From positions 2,132 to 66,131 of the forward strand of contig CACXCS010000008.1 of the NCBI GenBank assembly GCA_902766255.1: DNA of 64,000 nucleotides. Reading direction: 5' to 3'. Shown in pieces: positions 53,230 to 63,200 of the stretch (position 1 is the first letter of the stretch; each line of letters begins with the position of its first letter). Origin of the DNA: an uncultured Bacteroidia bacterium. GTDB taxonomy: Bacteria; Bacteroidota; Bacteroidia; Bacteroidales; UBA932. Position numbers and translations under genes: made by a program. The notes under the pieces were generated by a model. The model saw only the letters and a program-made list of their open reading frames with translations. It was not told the DNA's origin and ran no database searches.

Positions 53230-53439
53230 TTAAATGAGGCTGACGCCTCCATGATACAGATCAGATACGTGATCGCCATAGCGTGTGATGGCCAGAGCCT
53301 CGGGACTTTGGGGAGCAAACATTCCGCCCCATACCGTCGAATGGACGTCGAAAGGAATTGCGGCTTCCTGGCCTGGAGCGGAGACACTGATGAACATGGA
53401 CGTCATAAGTGCCATAAAATTAGTAAAAATCTTTTTCAT
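53230..53439 (-). pseudogene. N-terminal remnant of a Bacteroidetes YD/RHS-associated secreted protein
   Basis: Signal peptide, then PQSPEALAITRYGDHVSDLYHGGVSLI* (compare P.SPEAA.L..YG..PVSLYTG...ISIP); ends prematurely. Confidence 0.62.
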
Positions 53440-53813
53440 AATAGTGAATCTGTTAAAAAGTATGTTCTCTCCATCGGGGCGGAGAAGCAACCCCCGGGGC
53501 GGCATTTGTTTTTCTGCGGCAGATTCACTACTTTTGCGAATCAATGAAATAATGCAGGGTCCTAATCTTCATTCTTTCATTACACTCGGACGCTGGCTGC
53601 CTCGGTGGTCGGCGTCTTCTGTGCTTGCCTGGGTCTTGATAACTATGTCATGGTTGCTCTATCGTTTTTGCAAATATAGGTAGAACTTTATAAAATCACA
53701 AGTATTTTTTATCTTTTTTTGAGTATTTTTTCAACAAATATGTTGCTCGGTAACTGCACTCCTAGGTAATTTGTTTGATTGATTAGATTTATTTGTTACC
53801 TTTGTCGTTGATT

Positions 53814-54299
53814 ATGAAACACATCGCAAAAACAGACTCGCCGATAAGCAACTCTACGGATCTAATATGCCGTGCCGTCGCCTCGGATTTCAAGCTCAGG
53901 GGCATTACCCATCAGCAAGCCGCCGATATGCTGGGTGTCGAAAAAAGAACGGTCTCCAACCAGATCTCAGGCAAACGCCCCTTCGGGAAAAAGAGCGCCC
54001 AAAAGTACTCACAGGTGTTCGGATATGAGGAACCATTCCTCCTGTATGGGATAGGAGAGCTCAAAAAAAGACAAGTTTCCAAGAGCGTCCCCGTAATCCT
54101 ACATCAACCGGAAGACAATCTCTCCGCCCTATCCGCCCGAATTGATATTCTCGAAAGAATGGTGGCAATGCAAAACAAAGAAATAGCACGCCTCAAGACA
54201 AAAAAAAAGCTGATCCAGTCAGTTGTAAAGAACATAAAATCAAAAGAATACACCACAAAAGCGCTCGACCTGGAGAAAGCACCGGCCGGGAGAAAATAA
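53814..54299 (+). CDS. XRE-family helix-turn-helix regulator
   Basis: GITHQQAADMLGVEKRTVSNQISGKR...FLLYGIGE; -7 element TACCTTTG at 53797-53804. Confidence 0.85.
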   Translation: MKHIAKTDSPISNSTDLICRAVASDFKLRGITHQQAADMLGVEKRTVSNQISGKRPFGKKSAQKYSQVFGYEEPFLLYGIGELKKRQVSKSVPVILHQPEDNLSALSARIDILERMVAMQNKEIARLKTKKKLIQSVVKNIKSKEYTTKALDLEKAPAGRK

Positions 54300-54308
54300 G
54301 CACACCTC

Positions 54309-57068
54309 ATGGCCGAAGATATTATCAAGATACGAGGAGCGCGGGCACATAACCTGAAGGGCGTAGATGTAGACATTCCGCGCGGCAAGTACGTGGTTAT
54401 CACTGGATTGAGCGGCAGCGGCAAGAGTTCGCTGGCATTCGACACCATATATGCCGAAGGGCAGCGCCGCTATATGAACACCCTCTCGCCGTACGCCAAG
54501 CACTTCATGGGAGTGCTGGAAAAGCCGGATGTGGAAAGCATTGACGGACTCAGCCCCATCATTGCCATCGAGCAGAAGACCACTTCGGCCAATCCTCGCT
54601 CAACCGTAGGGACAATTACCGAGATTTACGACTTCCTGCGCCTCCTGTACGCCAAAGCATCTACCGCATATTCCCCCGTCAGCGGCAAGGAGATGGTACG
54701 TTATACCGACTCCCAGATTGTCGACCTCATAATGCAAGAGTACGCCGGGCGCAAATGCATACTCCTGGCTCCCCTGGTACGCGGCCGTAAAGGCCACTAC
54801 CGCGAGCTTTTCGACCAGATGCGCAGGCGCGGCTACACCCAGGTCCGCATTGACGGCGAAATAATGGAACTCGCCGAGGTTGATGCACTTGACCGCTACA
54901 AGAACCACTTCATCGAGTTGGTCGTGGACAAGCTCAAGCCGGGTAACGGCGACCTGTCCAGGATACGCAGCTCGGTAGCCGGGGCGATTGGCATAGGAAA
55001 GGGATCCGTGGCCGTACTGGACCCCGAGACCGGTGTCCTGAGGCATTTCTCCAAGCATCTGGTGGATCCGGAATCGGGCCTTTCGCTGCAGGAACCGGCG
55101 CCTCACAGCTTCTCGTTCAACTCCCCCGAGGGCTGCTGTCCCTACTGCAAGGGTCTGGGCACCGTGGCCGATATTAGCATGGAAACGCTGATTCCCGACC
55201 CGCACGAGACTATCGCCGGCGGCGGCATCGTCCCCCTGGGAAAGATGCGGGACAACCGCAAATTCGAGATCGTACGGGCCATGGCCCGCAAGCATGACTT
55301 CTCGCTGTATGTCCCTATAGAAGAGGTGCCGCAGGAGTATATCTCGCTGATTATCAACGGGTCGGAAGACCTTTACCGCATAGGCGACGGCAGCCTTGCA
55401 CAGATGTGCCTGTGGGAAGGTGTCGTCGGCGACGTCGAGGACCGCGTCGTCTGCCCTGAGTGCGGCGGCACTCGCCTGAAGGAAGAGACCAAATACTTCC
55501 GCATAGACGGGAAAACCATTTCCGAGGTGTCGGCGATGGAGATTTCGGAGATGCTGCAGTGGATTCGTTCCCTGGAAGGCAAACTGAGCGGCCGCGGCCG
55601 GGCCGTAGCACGCGATGTGCTGCGCGAGCTTGGCGACAGACTGGAATTCCTTGTAGATGTGGGGCTTGAATATCTGTCGCTTGACAGGGCCACCGCCTCG
55701 CTCTCCGGCGGAGAAAGCCAGCGCATCAGGCTGGCAACGCAAATAGGTTCCAAGCTTGTGGGGGTAATCTACATACTTGACGAGCCGTCAATAGGCCTGC
55801 ACCAGCGCGACAACCGCAAGCTCATAGCGTCGCTCAAAAAGCTGCGCGACGAGGGCAACACCGTCATTGTGGTGGAGCATGACGAGGAGACGATGCGCAG
55901 TGCCGACTGGCTGGTGGACGTCGGGCCCGGAGCCGGCACCCTTGGGGGCCACATCTGCTACTCCGGTCCCTCCACCTGGAAGGATAACGACGAAAATACT
56001 TCGTCCGTTACTTTGCAGTATCTGGCCGGGCACAAGAAGATCGAAGTTCCCCGGACTCGCCGGTCCGGCAACGGCAAGTCCCTCACAATCAGGGGCGCCA
56101 GCGGAAATAACCTCAAGGGGATAGACGTAAGCTTCCCACTGGGCTGCCTGATCGGCGTGAGCGGCGTTTCAGGAAGCGGCAAAAGCTCGCTTGTCAACGA
56201 AACCCTCATGCCCGCGCTGAAGGCCCGCTTCTATCATTCCAAGCAAAAGCCCCTTCCTTATGGCTCTGTAGAGGGTATCGAGAGCATCGACAAGGTCATC
56301 GAAATTGACCAGAGTCCTATCGGGCGCTCGCCCCGGTCCAATCCTGCCACATTTACAGGTGTGTTTGACGATATCCGCCGGCTTTTCGAGGAGACACCCG
56401 ACGCTAAAGTACGAGGGTTCAAGGCGGGACGGTTTTCATTCAACGTTGCCGGCGGACGTTGCGAGGAGTGCAAAGGAGCCGGCATCAAAGTGGTGGAGAT
56501 GAACTTCCTTCCATCCGTCAACGTAGTCTGCGAGGCCTGCCGTGGGCAACGCTACAAAGAGGATACCCTGGCCGTGCGCTACAAGGGCAAGAACATAAAC
56601 GATGTGCTGGAGATGCCTATCGACGAGGCTTATGAGTTCTTCAAGGCTCATCCCAAGATAGCCCCAAAACTCAAGGCGCTGGTAGACGTCGGGCTTGGGT
56701 ACGTACATCTTGGGCAGTCGAGCGTGACTCTGTCAGGAGGCGAAAGCCAGCGAATGAAGTTGGCTGCCGAGCTGTTCCGCAAGGCAACAGGCAATACGCT
56801 TTACATGCTGGACGAGCCCACCACCGGCCTCCACTTCGATGATATCAAGACTCTGCTGGACGTACTGCAAAAACTTGTAGATCAGGGGAATACCGTCATA
56901 ATCATAGAGCACAACCCCGACATTCTCAAGAGCGTGGACTATATTATCGACATGGGGCCCGAGGGCGGACGCCGCGGCGGCCGTATCGTTGCTTCCGGCA
57001 CACCCGAACAAATCGCCTCCGACCCATCCAGCGTCACCGGCCCGTATCTCATAGATTCTTTGAGTTAG
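54309..57068 (+). CDS. uvrA: Excinuclease ABC subunit A
   Basis: GLSGSGKSSLAFDT, LSGGESQR twice, GVSGSGKSSL and zinc fingers. Confidence 0.98.
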   Translation: MAEDIIKIRGARAHNLKGVDVDIPRGKYVVITGLSGSGKSSLAFDTIYAEGQRRYMNTLSPYAKHFMGVLEKPDVESIDGLSPIIAIEQKTTSANPRSTVGTITEIYDFLRLLYAKASTAYSPVSGKEMVRYTDSQIVDLIMQEYAGRKCILLAPLVRGRKGHYRELFDQMRRRGYTQVRIDGEIMELAEVDALDRYKNHFIELVVDKLKPGNGDLSRIRSSVAGAIGIGKGSVAVLDPETGVLRHFSKHLVDPESGLSLQEPAPHSFSFNSPEGCCPYCKGLGTVADISMETLIPDPHETIAGGGIVPLGKMRDNRKFEIVRAMARKHDFSLYVPIEEVPQEYISLIINGSEDLYRIGDGSLAQMCLWEGVVGDVEDRVVCPECGGTRLKEETKYFRIDGKTISEVSAMEISEMLQWIRSLEGKLSGRGRAVARDVLRELGDRLEFLVDVGLEYLSLDRATASLSGGESQRIRLATQIGSKLVGVIYILDEPSIGLHQRDNRKLIASLKKLRDEGNTVIVVEHDEETMRSADWLVDVGPGAGTLGGHICYSGPSTWKDNDENTSSVTLQYLAGHKKIEVPRTRRSGNGKSLTIRGASGNNLKGIDVSFPLGCLIGVSGVSGSGKSSLVNETLMPALKARFYHSKQKPLPYGSVEGIESIDKVIEIDQSPIGRSPRSNPATFTGVFDDIRRLFEETPDAKVRGFKAGRFSFNVAGGRCEECKGAGIKVVEMNFLPSVNVVCEACRGQRYKEDTLAVRYKGKNINDVLEMPIDEAYEFFKAHPKIAPKLKALVDVGLGYVHLGQSSVTLSGGESQRMKLAAELFRKATGNTLYMLDEPTTGLHFDDIKTLLDVLQKLVDQGNTVIIIEHNPDILKSVDYIIDMGPEGGRRGGRIVASGTPEQIASDPSSVTGPYLIDSLS

Positions 57069-57199
57069 TTCATCAGTAGAGGTATCTGTCCTGAAAACTG
57101 TGCCACCCTCGGCAACATGAGAGGGAGGGGCCCGCAAGCGCAGCGCAGCGGGAGGGGTCGCGTAGCGACGTTTTCAGGACAGATACCTCTACTGATGAA
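57069..57199. mobile_element. Structured palindromic element B (perfect 30-bp arms plus 71-nt core) between convergent genes
   Basis: Arms at 57069-57098 and 57170-57199; core highly similar to that of element A. Mobility is inferred. Confidence 0.75.
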
Positions 57200-57926
57200 T
57201 AATCGATTTGACGTATGCTTCGAACAGCGGGAGCCAGCGCTCGTCTCCCGAGGCGAGCATTTTTTCAGGGTGGAACTGAACCGCCCAGATAGTGGGGGTT
57301 TGCCAGGCTTCGACAATGCCGTCGGCGGAACGGGAGCACACTGTGATTCCCGGAGCCGCCACCTTGACTGCCTGATGATGCATCGAATTGACTTTCAGCG
57401 AGTCCGTTCCATATATACCGGCCAGGAAGCTCAAGGGCTCGACAGAAATAGCATGCACCACATCGCTATGGCATATTCCTTTCTGTGACGGAAGATCCTG
57501 ATACAGAGAGCCGCCCAGAATGACATTCAGAAGTTGCGACCCCCTGCAGATGGCCAGAACCGGTTTGCCCGACGCCAGGGCTGCCAGGGCGAGCAGGCTG
57601 TCGGAGCGGTCGCGCACATAATCAATCTCGACTGTCTGGTTCAGCACATCCTCACCGTACCAGGCAGGATTCACATCCTCGCCACCGGAGAACACTATGC
57701 CGTCAAGGGCGGCAACGACCGCAGCAGCCTGGGGCTCATCGGCAACAGTAGGAATTGCTACGGGGACGCCTCCTGCACGGCACAGGGCATCGGTGTATGT
57801 AGTGGGCAGGAGCGTGCTGCCGGAGCCGCTGCGGGAGCAAGTAACCCCCACAAGCGGCTTCGAAACAGGCGCGCATCCCAGCACGGCCAGGACGCAGAAC
57901 AAAGGCCAGACAGTGCGGAATCTCAT
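57189..57926 (-). CDS. Gamma-glutamyl-gamma-aminobutyrate hydrolase family (peptidase C26) lipoprotein
   Basis: SGGEDVNP, AICRGSQ, VNSMHHQAV and VQFHPE motifs. Confidence 0.93.
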   Translation of the reverse strand: MRFRTVWPLFCVLAVLGCAPVSKPLVGVTCSRSGSGSTLLPTTYTDALCRAGGVPVAIPTVADEPQAAAVVAALDGIVFSGGEDVNPAWYGEDVLNQTVEIDYVRDRSDSLLALAALASGKPVLAICRGSQLLNVILGGSLYQDLPSQKGICHSDVVHAISVEPLSFLAGIYGTDSLKVNSMHHQAVKVAAPGITVCSRSADGIVEAWQTPTIWAVQFHPEKMLASGDERWLPLFEAYVKSIIHQ

Positions 57927-57927
57927 A

Positions 57928-59103
57928 TTACTTTATACCGTATTTGGCAAGGATGGTAAGGATGGGCTTCTCGATGGATTTGCTCCAGAGGTAATAGCCA
58001 TGGTCGTCAGGATGGACACCGTCAACGGAGTACTCATGACTTCCCTTCTCGCAGGCGTTGGTCTGGATAAAATATACGTCGGCGTATTTAGGATCCTTGA
58101 GGAGTTCGTTGAACATCGTGGACGCCATGTCCTGCTTGGCCTGCTCCCTGGCGTTGTAGGTGAGGGAGAAATTGCGGGCCTCGCGGTAGATGGTCTGCTG
58201 GAATATGAGGGGCTTGCCCGGATGTGCGGCCACAAGCTTGTCGATGAACGGCTGCAGGCGCTCCTTGATCATCTTGTAGTCGGGATTTGAGAAGGCATCG
58301 AACACGTAGGCGTCGGCCTCGACGTCAACAAGAACGTCGGCAAAATACTGCTGCATCTTGCAGTTGCCGCTCATGCCGAAACCAAGGACCTGCATGCCGG
58401 TGTGACGCATGAACTGCATAGGATAGCTCATGCCGGGACGGCTGGTACTGATGCCGTGGGTGTAGGATGAACCGTGGAAGACTATCTTGCCCCGGAACTG
58501 GCCGTCGAGCTTCTGGATGTAAGAGCCTACGGTTGTACCTATCTTGCAGGAGCGGATTTCGCAATAGTTGGGAAGATAAAGGATGCACTCTTTGTCGCCG
58601 GGGGCCATGTCCTTGATCAGCACCAGGTTATCGTTGCCCTTTTCGGGTTTGGTAGCTCCGGAGGCCGCCCACTGCCAGTCGCCTTTCTTGTTCTTGATGT
58701 ACAGGTCATATCCGCGGTAAGCTATGGGCATGGTTGCCACTGAACTGTAAAGCTGACCCCACTCGGTCTTGACGGTGATGGCGGTAGAGTTGGTCTTGAA
58801 AATGACGGCAAGGCCAGCGGAGCAACGGGCCTGCTGGTTCTCCCCTTTGGTCATCCCCTTGTACTTAACAGTATCGACGCGGTGATAAGGGTTGGGAGTA
58901 TCGTAGAACATTTTGCCCACCAGGCCGATATCGGACGCCTCGGTAAAGCTATAGCTGGCATCTTTGGGTGTCGTTGGGTTGTCGAGCACTTGCTGAAGTT
59001 TGGCAAAATGCTTATCGTCATAGGCCTTGGTTACGTTGTAAAGCTTCTGGCTGCAGGAGCAGACCATCAGGATTACTGTCGCTGCAATAATAAAACGTTT
59101 CAT
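57928..59103 (-). CDS. SGNH/GDSL hydrolase with N-terminal GxDLY domain, lipoprotein
   Basis: GYDLY, HGSSYTHG and DGVHP motifs. Confidence 0.9.
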   Translation of the reverse strand: MKRFIIAATVILMVCSCSQKLYNVTKAYDDKHFAKLQQVLDNPTTPKDASYSFTEASDIGLVGKMFYDTPNPYHRVDTVKYKGMTKGENQQARCSAGLAVIFKTNSTAITVKTEWGQLYSSVATMPIAYRGYDLYIKNKKGDWQWAASGATKPEKGNDNLVLIKDMAPGDKECILYLPNYCEIRSCKIGTTVGSYIQKLDGQFRGKIVFHGSSYTHGISTSRPGMSYPMQFMRHTGMQVLGFGMSGNCKMQQYFADVLVDVEADAYVFDAFSNPDYKMIKERLQPFIDKLVAAHPGKPLIFQQTIYREARNFSLTYNAREQAKQDMASTMFNELLKDPKYADVYFIQTNACEKGSHEYSVDGVHPDDHGYYLWSKSIEKPILTILAKYGIK

Positions 59104-59165
59104 TGTGTTATGTTTTGTTGGTTATCTGCATGTCTTACAAATATAATTAAATCGGCGTAATTGCC

Positions 59166-59247
59166 GTCCTCAAAAAAAGCCATTTTCAAGGACAAACATA
59201 TCAATTTCTGCAGTTTGTCCTCAAAAAGGACGTCTGACGAGGACAAA
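59166..59247. repeat. Tandem doublet with 51-nt period; each unit is GTCCT-N18-AGGAC
   Basis: GTCCTCAAAAAAAGCCATTTTCAAGGACAAA at 59166 and GTCCTCAAAAAGGACGTCTGACGAGGACAAA at 59217. Confidence 0.85.
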
Positions 59248-60216
59248 TCAGGAGCCGATAAGCAGGAGCACCACGCCGGCGGCCATAAGAAGCATGTTGA
59301 AGGCTTTGGCGCGTACGTTGCCTTCTTTGAAGATGATGGCCCCGAGCACGAAGGAGACAAGGACAGAAGCACGGCGCACTACGGAAATGACGCTCAGAAG
59401 CGCGTCAGGCTGCTTGAGGGCGAAGAAATAAAGTGCATCCGCCCCGGTGATCAGCACGGCCACCAGCACAAGGGTCCAGTCCCATACAAACCCTTTTGCC
59501 CCGGCCGGTCCGGATGCTTCCTCCGGGGACCATGGCCGCCCGTGGCCATGTGAACGGGAGGGGCCCGCGCCGTCAGGCGTGGGAGGGATGAGCGAAGCGA
59601 AGTCCCCGGAGGAAGCATCCGGACCGGCCGGAGCAAGAAGACGTTTGACCAGAATGCAGACGGCAAGGATTATGGTGATGTACAGGTTGGTCCAACTTTG
59701 GACGAACATGGGCTCCATGCCCTGCATTATGTGCTTGTCAAACAGGGCGCTGGCAACACCGGTAACTACCGACACTCCCATCCACAGGAAACCAGTCTTG
59801 CGCGCCCGGACAGTGCCGTCGCTGCGGCTGGTGAAGCCCAAAAGATAAAGGGCTCCTAGAACCAGCACAATTCCCAACCACTGCATCCATCCAAGCTTTT
59901 CTCCGAACAGAAGCACGGAGAACAGTACGACGAACACAGGCCTCGAGCCCTTGATGGTGCTCACAGTGGTCAGCGGCAGGCGCTTCAGGCCCTCCATTCC
60001 CGACACCCATGACGCCGTGACCAGCACGGCCTTGAGCATAAGCTTCAGATGATCCTCAATAGGACCGAACCGGAAGAAAGGCGAAACAAAAAGGGTGGAT
60101 AACGCCGTAGCCACCAGAAGAACGGCAAAGGTACCGTTCTTCCGGAGTGCTTGCTTTTTGGCTACGTCGTAAAAGCCCAGCAGGGCGGCGGAAAAAACCG
60201 CCAGAACAAGCCACAT
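59248..60216 (-). CDS. EamA/DMT-family transporter with a palindrome-derived hydrophilic insertion
   Basis: About 10 TM segments; LFGEKL and IIFKEG; ~47-aa Pro/Gly/Ser-rich insert. Confidence 0.9.
   Translation of the reverse strand: MWLVLAVFSAALLGFYDVAKKQALRKNGTFAVLLVATALSTLFVSPFFRFGPIEDHLKLMLKAVLVTASWVSGMEGLKRLPLTTVSTIKGSRPVFVVLFSVLLFGEKLGWMQWLGIVLVLGALYLLGFTSRSDGTVRARKTGFLWMGVSVVTGVASALFDKHIMQGMEPMFVQSWTNLYITIILAVCILVKRLLAPAGPDASSGDFASLIPPTPDGAGPSRSHGHGRPWSPEEASGPAGAKGFVWDWTLVLVAVLITGADALYFFALKQPDALLSVISVVRRASVLVSFVLGAIIFKEGNVRAKAFNMLLMAAGVVLLLIGS
59496..59636. mobile_element. Structured palindromic element C (perfect 30-bp arms, extendable to ~35, plus 71-nt core), in frame in the EamA gene
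   Basis: Arms at 59501-59530 and 59602-59631; the diverged core keeps GCC.CCC..GGC, two GGGAGGG and GCGAAGCG. Mobility is inferred. Confidence 0.72.
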
Positions 60217-60219
60217 TAC

Positions 60220-63200
60220 TTACTTGACTTCAACCCAGCGTCCCGGCACAAGCGCCGACACAGTGGCGTCGTACATGGCTGTACAGCTTACTGCAGGCAG
60301 ATAGAAGCGGCCGGGGTAAGTGGCTATGAGTTTGGTCTCTACGGTTACGCTCTTACCCGCACCGAGGTTGAAGAAACTGTATACCCTGTCATCCCTTATA
60401 TCCTGGTAAGTCACACCTGAAGGATAGGACGCAGCCTGGCTGTACAGACGGTCGTTCTGGATTTCCCAGCCTGAAGGGAACTTGTGGTTGAGGGCGAGGT
60501 CGCGCACGGTGGCAGAACCGGTATTGGTCACTGTTACCACGGCGTATATCATCCTGCCGCGCGACAGAGTATCGACCTTGACAGGATTGTGCTGATCGTC
60601 GGTGTAGGAGACGCTCATCTTGAGCTTGTTGCTGATGGCCTTCTCGGTGGATGCCGGAGGAATACCGGTAACGGAAGCTACAGCATACAGGTTGCCCTGA
60701 CCGGCATTGTCTATCTTGACAGTGAGGGACTTGTCGTTCTCGCCGACGGCTATCGCCCTGGATTCCAGGCACTTGTCGCCGGACACCTTGACAGTCTTGC
60801 CACCGGCGGTGAAGGAAGCCTGCACCCCGCCGGCATTAGCGCGTGCATAGTCGGCAACGGCATAAAGGCTCCATGCGGTGGACTGGGTGCTCATGTAGAC
60901 CGACTTGTCGTTGAGACGGCCGGCGATAATCTCAGCCAGCTTGAACGCATCTTCCTTGCGGTCGGTCAGGAGCATGGTCTTGAGAGCTACTGCGCGATTG
61001 CGGTCGGAGCTGCCATAAGCCTCGTACACATCGTCATCGTATTTGAGAGAGGCGGCCAGTTCACGGGCGACGCTCTTCTTGCCATCAACGGCGTAAGCAG
61101 CAGCAAGCAGCCAGGTTGCGCCGGCGGGCATCTTCTTCTTGACGTTCTCACGCAGGAGGTTCATTGCGCTGCGGGCAGGTTTGCCTGCGGCGGCAAGGGC
61201 ATAGACGCCATAAGCGCGAGAGGTGAAGTCCTCCTTGGTGTTGGACACATTGCGGTTGAGCCATGCGATGAGTTCCTTCTTGAGATCCACAGGAACGGCA
61301 TATCCCGCATCCTCGGCCTCCTTGAGGAAGTGGAGGGCATAGGCGCTGCCGAAGAGCGATGAATAGTCGGAGCCTGGCCAGTAGCTAAGGGAGCCGTCGG
61401 AACGACGGTACATCTGGAGTCTGCGGATGGCGGCCTCGACGTTGAAGCGGCTGCGCTCACGGACACTCTGGTCACATGTCATTATCTTGTCCAGGTACAA
61501 CTGAGGGAAGGCGGCAGAAACCGTCTGCTCAAGGCAGCCGTAAGGATAGGTAATGAGGTAACGCAGACGTGAATTCAGGTCGATGGAAGGAATTGTTGAA
61601 AGCTCCAGCTCGACTGAATTGGTGCCGGGCGTGCCGAACAGGTCAAGCTTGATTTCCTTGGAGGTGCCGGCGGAAAGCAGGGCTGTCTGGCCCCGGGTAA
61701 CCTCGGGGTTGGGATTGAGCACGTCAATCTCTATCACGCTGGTAGACTTGTCGTTGGCCGACTCGGCGGTAGTGGTGACATGGGCTATGCCGGTCTTGTC
61801 GCCGACTTTGATCTCGAAGTATGAGAGTTCCTGGCCGGCCTTGGAGGACTGGACGGTCTGGGAGGCAGAGCCGACCACGCTCGCAAGTTCATCGGTCTTG
61901 ATGTTCAGTTTAACATTTCCGACACCGTCCTTGAGGGTCATAAGGGTAACGGGGACCTTGATAGTCTCGCCGATGTTCATAGCCCTGGGGAGGGTGGTCT
62001 GGACCATAACCGGCTTGGTTACAGTCACATTGGCGGCACTGCTGCCCTGGGCTTTGCCGTCGGTGGCAATTACCATGGCGCGGAGAGAGCCGATATACTG
62101 AGGTACCTCGACACTGTGGTTACCGGTCTTGCCGCCCTTGAGGGTGAAGGGACCGAGGTATGCCACAACAGGTTTGAAGCGCTGAGCTCCCTGCGGCTTG
62201 AGGGCGCCGGAGTCGGACTCCTCGTCACCACCTATAGCAAACAGTTGCTCGATCTTGCCGCCGTAAGCACCGATAACATCATCGTAAAGGTCCCAAGTGC
62301 GGACACGAAGAGCCTCTTTGGAGTAGAATGCTTTCCAGGCGTCGGGAGTCTTGAAGGAGGTAAGACCCAGCAGACCCTCGTCCACAAGAGCCACGACATA
62401 GCTCATGGCCTTGCCGTTCTTCTCCTTAACCTTGAACTTGAGAGTTGTTTCGGGCTTGACGTCTGCGGGGATATCTATCACCGGCTCAAGGTGTGAAGCA
62501 GCATCCTCGACATTGAGGTTGTGCACGCCATACATACGTACGGGAGCGTCGTTGAGAGTATTCTTATGAGGCTGCACCAGAGTTACGAAAGCATACACAT
62601 TGGGCAGCATGTCGGAGGTGACGGGGACTTTGATTTCCGTAGAGCCTGCGTCGCAATCAACCCACTCGGTACGGAGTATGCGGCCACCCTTCTCAAGTGA
62701 GAGCAGGGCACGGCTGCCTGCCGACGAAGGGATGACGAGCTTGGCTGTCTCGCCGACAGAGTATTTTTCCTTGTTGGAGGAAATGCTCAGGCGGGCAGCG
62801 GCATCGGAGCCCTTGGAAGAACCGCTGTAATTCTCGTAAACCTCACAGAGCATGGAGGTTGCGTGGCCGCCGGCCTCGTCGCTTACTCGGATGAAGTAGA
62901 GGCCGTCAGGGGCGTTTTTCCAGTCGTAGCTGAAACTGCCGGAGCCACCCTGGCTGGAGACATGCTTGTCGAACAGGATCTCCTTGCTCTTGCCGGACAT
63001 GTAGCTGGCAATCTGCGAGGAGGAGTTCCACCACCAGCTCCAGTCTACGTGGCATACTTCGACATGCAGGTCGGATACCGAAACAGGCTTGCCGTCAGGG
63101 CCGACGGTGGCAATGTTGAACTTGTGGGCCACACCGCTCTTGAGATACTCCTCACCCCATTCGGTGCGGTCCTGATCCACCTTGATGCCGACATAGGTAT

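Noticed and set aside
57065-57488. Small ORFs spanning element B (57065-57316 minus, 57117-57488 plus) as element-encoded proteins
   Set aside because: They overlap the C26 hydrolase gene and show no transposase or nuclease motifs; likely incidental.
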